A DNA stretch of 64,000 nt, taken from positions 3,648,001 through 3,712,000 of the forward strand of contig OY762721.1 in NCBI GenBank assembly GCA_963666345.1, written 5' to 3'. Position 1 is the stretch's first letter, and every line of letters begins with the position of its first letter. This document shows, piece by piece, positions 56,679 through 64,000 of the stretch. This DNA is from Desulfatiglandales bacterium (GTDB lineage Bacteria > Desulfobacterota > DSM-4660 > Desulfatiglandales > Desulfatiglandaceae). Position numbers and translations under genes: made by a program. Under the pieces are notes generated by a model that worked only from the letters and a program-made list of their open reading frames with translations, made no database searches and was not told the origin of the DNA.

Positions 56679-57659
56679 TTACTTCTTCTTTCGTAGAAAA
56701 TTGCCCTTATTCTCCTTAACTGCCTTGGTAACTTGCGCATTGGTATCATTGACATAGGAAACAAGAGCGTCTTCGCTCAGGAAATGGTATACCTCACCCA
56801 GATTTTCAATTTTGGCTCTGAGTTCTTTTTCTTCGGCTGCTTTGTTACATGCCTCGGTCAGGACTTTGACCACATCCTCTGGAGTGCCTTTCGGGGCCAC
56901 AAGAATCCTGGACTGCATTACTTTCAAGTTGTAACCTTTTTCTTTGAAGGTTGGGCTGTTAGGAAGCTTTGGAACACGTTCATCTCCAGCCACTCCTATT
57001 ACGGGGAAGCCTTGACTCTCCGCAACCACTCCGAATTGAGTTGCAATCATTGCCGCGTCAACGTGCCCTCCCAGAAGTCCATTCAATGCCTTCGAGCCTG
57101 ATTTGTAGAACACCGGAGTTACCTTGATTCCTGCTTCGTTTTGGAGAAAAACGGTTGCCAATGTATGAGAGTCGGCCGCCATTGATACGGTAATTTTACC
57201 AGGATTTTTTTTGGCATATGCTATAAATCCTTCAAGGTCCTTGAGTGGTCCGTCCTTCTTCGCGATGAGAACAACAGGGGATTTGGTGTAGCTCGCTATA
57301 TATATGAATTCCGAGGCGTTATATTTTACCTCTTTGTATACTTCCAAGGCAGTAGAGTCAGGATAGGCGAGCACACCGAGCATGTACCCTTCCGGCTTCG
57401 CATTAAATATTGCTGTGTTTCCAATCTCACCGCGAGCACCTGGTTTGTTGACGATAATTACAGGTTTTCCTATTGTTTTTTCAACAAAACTGAGAAAAAG
57501 TCTCGCCTGGGTATCTGTACCTCCGCCTGCCCCATAAGGCACTATAACGGAAATATTCTTTCTGGGATAATCTGTAGCCGTTGCTGACTGCAGACCGCAA
57601 ATAAAAACAATACAAGCTACGCAGGCAAAAACTAAGAGTTTCATCAAACCATTTTTCAT
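56679..57659 (-). CDS. tctC: Tripartite tricarboxylate transporter substrate-binding protein
   Basis: Signal peptide; YPRKNI..IVPYGAGGGTD..AR, NKPGA.G, GGHVDA. Confidence 0.92.
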   Translation of the reverse strand: MKNGLMKLLVFACVACIVFICGLQSATATDYPRKNISVIVPYGAGGGTDTQARLFLSFVEKTIGKPVIIVNKPGARGEIGNTAIFNAKPEGYMLGVLAYPDSTALEVYKEVKYNASEFIYIASYTKSPVVLIAKKDGPLKDLEGFIAYAKKNPGKITVSMAADSHTLATVFLQNEAGIKVTPVFYKSGSKALNGLLGGHVDAAMIATQFGVVAESQGFPVIGVAGDERVPKLPNSPTFKEKGYNLKVMQSRILVAPKGTPEDVVKVLTEACNKAAEEKELRAKIENLGEVYHFLSEDALVSYVNDTNAQVTKAVKENKGNFLRKKK

Positions 57660-57936
57660 TTTTCATCTCCTTTGTTTAGGGGTCATGCCAATAGGCCATC
57701 GGGTGTCATCAGCCTAAGGGCTCGATAAAATAAAACATACAGCAGAAGATTCAGTATTAGACTGAAAATGACTGCCTTTATAACGGTTTTTATCTGAACA
57801 GGACGATCAAAAAAAAGAAAGAATGCAATAGCATGTCAATAGGCGTTGAAAATTGACCCATCATCGGCGTCCAAAATTGACCCACCCCTGAGAAAAAAAT
57901 ATGGTTAAATAGTTGAGTAGTTGATCCCTTCTTTAT

Positions 57937-58668
57937 CTATGAAGCTGCGTGTTTCATTCTCCAGCTTTCGTTACCTGTTTCTATAATTTCACAATGATGA
58001 GTCAATCGATCAAGCATGGCCGTAGTCATCTTTTTATCTCCAAAGACTTGGGGCCATTCACCGAAGGTCAAGTTGGTGGTAATCACTATGGATGTCTGTT
58101 CGTAGAGTTTTGATATAAGATGAAAGAGCAGTTGACTGCCGTTTTTGGAAAAAGGCAGATAACCCAGTTCATCGAGGACCACAAGATCAAATCGAAGTAG
58201 TCTTGCTGTGATTTTGCCGGCCAATCCAATCATTTTTTCCTGCTCAAGCTCATTTGCCAGATCCACCAGGTTATAAAACTTGCACTTCCTGCCATTCCTT
58301 ATGGCCTGGGCCGCTATAGTTATGGCTAAATGGGTTTTGCCCGTACCGGTGCCACCTACAAAAATCAGGTTGATATGTTCGGCTATAAAATCACCCTGAT
58401 AAATAGACCTAATCTGGGCTTCATCAACACAGGCCCCGTTAAAATCAAAGCCATCGATATCTTTAAGGACAGGAAACCTGGCCTGTCCCATACGATATCG
58501 GATACTCCTTATATATCTTTCGGCAGCTTCAGCCTTGAGCAGTTCCAGGATTACCTTTTCAGGAGTTGAATGGGTCTTGCGTCCATTGGAGACAACTTCA
58601 TCATAAATGGACTGCATACCCCGCAACTTTAGTTTTTCCATATGGTCCATGATATCATTGCGCAGCAT
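57937..58668 (-). CDS. istB: IS21 helper ATPase
   Basis: [29 protein letters not shown]. Confidence 0.96.
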   Translation of the reverse strand: MLRNDIMDHMEKLKLRGMQSIYDEVVSNGRKTHSTPEKVILELLKAEAAERYIRSIRYRMGQARFPVLKDIDGFDFNGACVDEAQIRSIYQGDFIAEHINLIFVGGTGTGKTHLAITIAAQAIRNGRKCKFYNLVDLANELEQEKMIGLAGKITARLLRFDLVVLDELGYLPFSKNGSQLLFHLISKLYEQTSIVITTNLTFGEWPQVFGDKKMTTAMLDRLTHHCEIIETGNESWRMKHAAS

Positions 58669-60172
58669 GGTATCCCTCCCTTACCAAACGTTCATAGCGG
58701 TGGCAGTCTGCTATGGGCTCTTGCTTGAGAATCAGATGGGAGGGGATACCCAAATCAGGCGTGCAATCCTGATCCTGATCCCTGTTTAAAAGATTGAGAA
58801 CCACCTCTTTACTTACGGCCCTGATCTCTAGGGCCTCCTTACAGGCTTTACTTACAGCCTCAAGTCCGTAGAAAGGGACAGCATTTAGAATGGCCACAAA
58901 CTGACGGTCCCAGTCGGAAAAACGGTTTTGAAGCCCATTAAGGACGCCTTGCACAGGATGAGGAAGTTGCCAGTCTTTAAAGGGTGCTCCATTACGGAGA
59001 GCCCCGGGCTTACGTTCAAGGACCGGGACATAATGCCAGGGATTAAAAATAGTCTTGTTCTTTCCAAAATGCCTATCATGCTCTCCTACGATACAACCGT
59101 TATTTACTATCACTATCCGATCGGCATATACTCTCATATAGACCGCTTTACCCACCTGGCTGCAATTAACGCTGTATCGGTTCCGGTCATAGGTTACAAG
59201 TGAGCTGGGGGTAACCCTGGCTGGACGTTGTGCATATCCATCAAAGGGAGGTGGTAGATTTATCAGATAGGGTCTCTCTTCACTGTAGACCTGCCAAACC
59301 GTCTTATCAGATATTGTTGGATGCTTACGGGTCTTTGCCCAGGTGATGCATTGTTCTCTAAGCAGCTCGTTTAGGTGTGTGAAATCCCTGGCCTTGATTC
59401 GGGGAGTGAAAAATCTCCTTCTGACCACACCTACCTGGTTTTCCACCTGACCCTTTTCCCAGCCTGCAGCAGGGGTGCAGCTTACCGGTTCAAATAAATA
59501 ATGGGAACACAGTTGGCTGAAGCGGCTGTTGAACTGTCTTTCCCTTCCTCCCAGGATCTTGTTAACCACTGTTTTGAGATTGTCATATATGCCTTTACGG
59601 CAAACTCCTCCAAAAAACTCAAAGGCCCTGATATGGGCATCAAACACCATCTCCTGGGTCTCTCTGGGGTAGGCAATACAAAGGAAGTAGCGGCTGTGAC
59701 ATAACCTTATATGTGCGACCTTTGCCTTTACTCTGCTTCCGTCCAGATCTACCCACTCATGACTCCAGTCAAACTGAAAGGCTTCTGCAGGATCAAATAC
59801 CAAAGGTATAAATACCTCCTTTGGCAAGCTCCTTTGATCCTGGTGCCATCTTTGAACATATCTCCTTACGCTGTCATAGCCACCTTCGTAGCCGTTGAGT
59901 TGCAGCTCTTCAAAAAGTATCTGGGCTGTCCTGCGCAGTTTTCTGGGCAGTTTCTCATCTTCTTCCAGAAAGCCTTTCAGCATGTCTATAAACGGTCCTA
60001 GCTTGGGTCTCGGCTGGTTGCTTCGTTCGTACTGAAAAGATGTTTCTCCGCTCCTTATCGCCTTTTTTACTGTATTTTTGCTAAGGCGCAGATCCTTCGC
60101 TGTCTGACGTATGGATTTGCCATCTCTGAGAACAGCTAATCGTATCTTACGGATTGTTTCCACTGTGAGCAT
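58655..60172 (-). CDS. istA: IS21 transposase
   Basis: N-terminal HTH; QFDW, YDN and WEKGQVE DDE motifs. Confidence 0.96.
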   Translation of the reverse strand: MLTVETIRKIRLAVLRDGKSIRQTAKDLRLSKNTVKKAIRSGETSFQYERSNQPRPKLGPFIDMLKGFLEEDEKLPRKLRRTAQILFEELQLNGYEGGYDSVRRYVQRWHQDQRSLPKEVFIPLVFDPAEAFQFDWSHEWVDLDGSRVKAKVAHIRLCHSRYFLCIAYPRETQEMVFDAHIRAFEFFGGVCRKGIYDNLKTVVNKILGGRERQFNSRFSQLCSHYLFEPVSCTPAAGWEKGQVENQVGVVRRRFFTPRIKARDFTHLNELLREQCITWAKTRKHPTISDKTVWQVYSEERPYLINLPPPFDGYAQRPARVTPSSLVTYDRNRYSVNCSQVGKAVYMRVYADRIVIVNNGCIVGEHDRHFGKNKTIFNPWHYVPVLERKPGALRNGAPFKDWQLPHPVQGVLNGLQNRFSDWDRQFVAILNAVPFYGLEAVSKACKEALEIRAVSKEVVLNLLNRDQDQDCTPDLGIPSHLILKQEPIADCHRYERLVREGYHAAQ

Positions 60173-60917
60173 CCCTTTCCGCCTCCTTCTACCATAGTCA
60201 CAGCAGAATAGAAGGCTTTCAGGGGTGGGTCAATTTTGGACGCCGATTCGCCCTATAGGTGGGTCATTTTTGCATGCCGATTCACACAATAGCAAAAAGA
60301 AAGGAAGAAGCGTAAAAACCCAAAGTCTGATGAAGCCCCCAGAAACAGAGTAGAGTTATGGTTGCAACAAGTCCCCTGCTCAGCACCGTATCAGATGAGG
60401 CCTTCTGTTTTGTCATTAATCCCGCAGGCATTCCAATCGCATTGTAAAGGAGCACACATCCTACAAAAGCTATGATAGCCGCCATGGTCCTGGGAAAGAG
60501 TGCGGCATCCCAGGTTAGTGGTGATGTGAAAAGAAATATTATGCCTGAAAAAAGTAGGAATCCAAGGCCTTCAAGAAAATCCCTGCGGAGAATAACGAAA
60601 AATAAACCAGAGCGTCGAGTCATCAATTTTCTCCTCGATAAGAGGTCTATGAAAAAAAAACGATAACAAGTGTAAAATACTTTAAGAGATATATAGCTCT
60701 AAAGCAAGTAGTTTTTTTTAAAAAAATATTATACAGTTTTTTCAATATCATAGTATTGATAAAGCATCTTTAAGGAAAAACAAAATCAATTTTTTTTGAA
60801 ATATTTTTCAGATTGTATTATGCTTGCTATATTTCAAATATAAGAGTGCCGACAAAAACATGAGAAAATTTCCTCGTCGCGGAAGGACTTGATTAAGATT
60901 AGAATAAGGAAGGGCGA

Positions 60918-61691
60918 ATGAAAAAAGATAATTTTTACCAAAAGTACAGAGGGGCCGCGCTCAGGGGAGCCACTAAATATGCGCAGCTTCGGGAAATCAT
61001 CCTTGCCGCAGTGGAAAACGGGCATTTCCCCCCTGGTTCAAAGCTTCCCGGAGAAAAGGAAATTACAATGTGTACTCCTTACAGCCTCGGAACCGTTCAA
61101 AGGGCGCTCGGGGATCTGGCCAGGCAGGGAGTGGTGGAACGCCGCCACGGGCTCGGTACATTCGTGATCGACAAGGTGGTGGTTCCTCTCCATTGTCGCT
61201 TCCTGAGTGATGAAGAGGGAGTGTTTCTTTCAATATACCCGAGGTTGCTAAAGCGAAAACGTGTCTCAGGAAAAACGCCGTGGGGGCAGCTGCTTGCCGC
61301 CCAGGGCAAGAATATAGTTATGATCGAGCGCAGTATCGATATAGGGCATGAATTTACGGTATATACTGTTTTTTACGTGAACAGCGCGGCTTTCCCCCTT
61401 TTCTGGACCCTGCCGGTCGGTGAGCTTGACGGCGCAAATTTAAAAAATATCCTGCGGCACCAGTACGATATCGAAATCGAGGACATATCGTACAAGATGA
61501 AGATAGTTAAACTGCCTAAAAGGGCCTGTGAGGTAACAGGTATGAAGGCAGGCGGTAAGGGCCTTTGGGTGGGGATCGTAACTAGCGGGGCAAATCAGAT
61601 TCCCCTCTATTATCACGAACTCTTTATTCCGCCCAACGCCCGCGAGTTTCATATCTCAAGTTATTCAAGCATGTCCTCTGATGTCACATGA
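60918..61691 (+). CDS. GntR family (HutC/UTRA) regulator
   Basis: KYAQLRE..PGSKLPGE..SLGTVQRAL..L..G..R.HG.GTFV; divergent from the tctB operon. Confidence 0.9.
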   Translation: MKKDNFYQKYRGAALRGATKYAQLREIILAAVENGHFPPGSKLPGEKEITMCTPYSLGTVQRALGDLARQGVVERRHGLGTFVIDKVVVPLHCRFLSDEEGVFLSIYPRLLKRKRVSGKTPWGQLLAAQGKNIVMIERSIDIGHEFTVYTVFYVNSAAFPLFWTLPVGELDGANLKNILRHQYDIEIEDISYKMKIVKLPKRACEVTGMKAGGKGLWVGIVTSGANQIPLYYHELFIPPNAREFHISSYSSMSSDVT

Positions 61692-61854
61692 ATTTGATTA
61701 AACAGCTCGTCTCCGGTAAAATGCGGGTTGAATGAGAACTTCAGCTGTAGAACAAAAAAGTAAGGTAATCGTTCAAAGTTTTTTCCTCATAAATTGAAAT
61801 TTTTCCGCTATTCGCATATGTGAACATATCTGGAAGGCAAAGGAGATCTTGATC

Positions 61855-62301
61855 ATGACAAAAGATGAAAGGATCAGATTGGTTGCTCCCTGCGGTATTG
61901 ATTGCGGCACCTGCGAGTTATACAGGTGTAAGGATAATCAGCAGTTGCTCTATTATCTTATCTCAAAGGGGATCCCTAAGGAAAAGCTGCCCTGTGCCGG
62001 ATGCCGGGATATAGAGGGAAATTGTCCCGTTATCGGCAGCCAATGCGCCACGTATGCGTGTGTGTCTGAAAAAGATGTTGATTTCTGTTTTGACTGCGGA
62101 GAGTTTCCATGTTCGAAACTGAATCCTTCGGCGGACGGGGCGGATGTCCTTCCTCATAATCTGAAGGTTTTTAACTTATGCACGATCAAAAGAGACGGCC
62201 TGGAAGGCTTCATAGAGGAATCATGTGAGTTCAAGAAGAGGTATTACAAGGGAAAGATGGAGATCGGAAACGGCCCTCAACTGAAGGTCGAACAGGACTG
62301 A
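61855..62301 (+). CDS. DUF3795-like Cys-rich protein
   Basis: APCGIDCGTC, CAGCR, C..Y.C, FCFDCGEFPC. Confidence 0.8.
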   Translation: MTKDERIRLVAPCGIDCGTCELYRCKDNQQLLYYLISKGIPKEKLPCAGCRDIEGNCPVIGSQCATYACVSEKDVDFCFDCGEFPCSKLNPSADGADVLPHNLKVFNLCTIKRDGLEGFIEESCEFKKRYYKGKMEIGNGPQLKVEQD

Positions 62302-62406
62302 ACGTAAAGACCTGCCAAACAATGTCTGGTCCAGGCGGATGGACTATTGTCCCAGGTTGATATTCTACTTTGATACAAAAGTGAATCAAAAAAAAGAGGG
62401 CTGAAA

Positions 62407-62874
62407 ATGCATTTAGAAATACCGGGGCGTAAACCGATAGAAATAGAAAATGTCGTATTTGATTACAACGGTACCATCGCGGTTGACGGGCGGTTGATCG
62501 AGGGTGTGGCAGAAGTAATCAATGAACTGGCAGAGGCTTTTGATTTCCACGTTATTACGGCCGATACCTTCGGATCCGTTCAAAAGGAACTTGCGGGTGT
62601 CAACTGTAAAGTCGTCAGGATTCCGGAAGCAAGTCAGGACGCAAGCAAACTTGATTACCTCCTGAGTCTTGGAAAAGATACCACCCTTTGCGTCGGAAAC
62701 GGCAGAAACGATATGCTGATGCTGAAGGAATCAGCCATTGGTATCGCGCTAATCCTGGATGAAGGCGTGTGTGTGGAATCTTTTCTGGCCGCGGATATCG
62801 CCTGCAAATCGATCATGGATGTCTTTGCCTATCTCAAGATCCCGGACAGGATCAGGGCAACCCTGAGAAATTAG
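62407..62874 (+). CDS. Soluble P-type ATPase-like HAD hydrolase
   Basis: FDYNGTIA.DG, ITADTFG, VGNGRND, ATLR. Confidence 0.88.
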   Translation: MHLEIPGRKPIEIENVVFDYNGTIAVDGRLIEGVAEVINELAEAFDFHVITADTFGSVQKELAGVNCKVVRIPEASQDASKLDYLLSLGKDTTLCVGNGRNDMLMLKESAIGIALILDEGVCVESFLAADIACKSIMDVFAYLKIPDRIRATLRN

Positions 62875-63450
62875 CAAGGCGGCAGGTTCTAATTTTCTTT
62901 TCGCGACCGGGCGATAGGAATGAGGCGCTTGACCACATCTGAATCCAGCTTGCCCTGTTAAGCCTCTTTTGTCTTGCAGCCCTTGTCCTTGAGGTCCCGT
63001 TTGAAGCGGGATAAGCACTCATCATTACTCAAGACCTGCAAGCCTTGTTTCTCCTTGGCTTGATAACTTCCTGCTGTGCCGTCCAATTTATGAGTTTCTT
63101 TGAACGCATCAATTTAGATATCAAAGTGAGCATTTGAGTAAATGACTTTGATATGTTGGAAGAGATTATGGACTCAAGTTGGATACGTTCAGTAAAAGGG
63201 CTGAAAACCCAAGCCCTTCAGGACTCTCCGATCCATTTTACCTTACTCCGACAGCTCTCCAAAGAGGCGTGAAAAAAACGCTTATTGACTGCATCTGTCT
63301 GAAATTGTATGAACACAGTCCGGAGGTAAGTTCAACAGGGAAGCTGAATCTGTCCGTGCGGCATGCTTTGAAAAGGCCCCTGCAACGGGCAGGTCTTTCA
63401 TGAGGCGGTTTGAGACGGATTCCGTGTACGTTTTTTGAGGGAGGGCTTGG

Positions 63451-64000
63451 ATGTTTTTCGGTCTGATTGGGAAGATAGGACCTGTCAAGACAATCGAAGG
63501 CAGTGAGCACGCAAGGATGGCGATCCTTGCGTTAATCGTCGGAATTACCGCGGGTTTCGGTGCGGTAGGGTTCCGTTACCTCATAATGTCGGTTCAATCG
63601 ATTGCCTTCGGCTCGGGTGGGAATCTGCTGGAGGCTGTCGGAGGTATCCCATGGTACTGGGTAATCGTGATCCCAGCGGCAGGAGGAGCCGTGGTCGGTC
63701 CTCTCGTATATTTTTTCGCGCGTGAGGCAAAGGGGCACGGAGTACCGGAGGTGATGGAGGCGGTAGCCCTTAGAAGAGGAGTGATCAGAAAGAGGGTCGT
63801 GCTGGTCAAATCCCTTGCCTCAGCCATCTGCATAGGAACGGGCGGATCGGTCGGAAGGGAAGGCCCCATAGTCCAGATAGGCTCAGCCATCGGGTCCGCT
63901 GTCGGACAGCTGCTCAGGTGTTCGGACGACAGGATGAGGGCTCTCGTGGGCTGCGGCGCGGCGGCCGGAATAGCCGCTACCTTCAATGCCCCGATTTCCG
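63451..64000 (+). CDS. ClC chloride channel/transporter (runs off window)
   Basis: Manual translation from ATG 63451: EAKGHGVPEV, GGSVGREGP, GAAAGIAATFNAP. Confidence 0.92.
   Translation, partial: MFFGLIGKIGPVKTIEGSEHARMAILALIVGITAGFGAVGFRYLIMSVQSIAFGSGGNLLEAVGGIPWYWVIVIPAAGGAVVGPLVYFFAREAKGHGVPEVMEAVALRRGVIRKRVVLVKSLASAICIGTGGSVGREGPIVQIGSAIGSAVGQLLRCSDDRMRALVGCGAAAGIAATFNAPIS

Larger units (their letters stand above)
57834..60286 (-). mobile_element. Complete IS21-family insertion sequence with an 8-bp target duplication
   Basis: Ends TGTCAAT.. and ..TTCACA, internal AAAATTGACCCA repeats, CAATAGCA duplicated at 57826-33 and 60287-94. Confidence 0.95.
57683..60623 (-). pseudogene. tctB: tctB interrupted by IS21
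   Basis: 5' part 60623-60287 (..AALFPR..GFYASSFLFAI). 3' part 57833-57683 (AFFLFFDRP..FYRALRLMTPDGLLA*). The parts rejoin in frame when the IS and one TSD are removed. Confidence 0.88.

Overview
64 kb of a bacterial chromosome. An anaerobic Desulfobacterota (Desulfatiglans/Desulfobacterales-like) host is inferred from gene content, not from a marker gene. From left to right: an IHF-alpha tail and a PolA fragment; convergent trkH/trkA; a nitroreductase; manC-manA; an OvoA-C-terminal-like methyltransferase paired with a Mo/W-bisPGD enzyme; an AT-rich LacI island (HisD/HpsN-like dehydrogenase, tripartite tricarboxylate transporter, Thr-type sulfatase homolog, SDR, 3-hydroxyacyl-CoA dehydrogenase); a nitrilase; a LysR-linked phenylphosphate synthase/carboxylase-like cluster (ppsA, ppsB, ppcB, aryl-CoA ligase, LMW phosphatase, two UPF0261 genes, lpdD, ubiX); a mosaic accessory region (TA pair, TGCACA-N6-TGTGCA palindrome arrays, a RAYT with inverted repeats, IS200 in a flavodoxin gene, a decayed MGMT with TGA at its catalytic Cys); a second GntR/TTT/sulfatase operon broken by an intact IS21; and a partial ClC gene. 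The best candidates for new biology are (1) a possible O2-independent ovothiol/thiohistidine pathway at 8.2-11.2 kb, (2) a variant aryl phosphorylation/carboxylation pathway, (3) four-helix-bundle elements bracketed by complementary 8-mer arrays, and (4) the palindrome arrays. No rRNA, tRNA or CRISPR array was seen. All homology calls come from motif recognition by eye and need HMM/BLAST confirmation.
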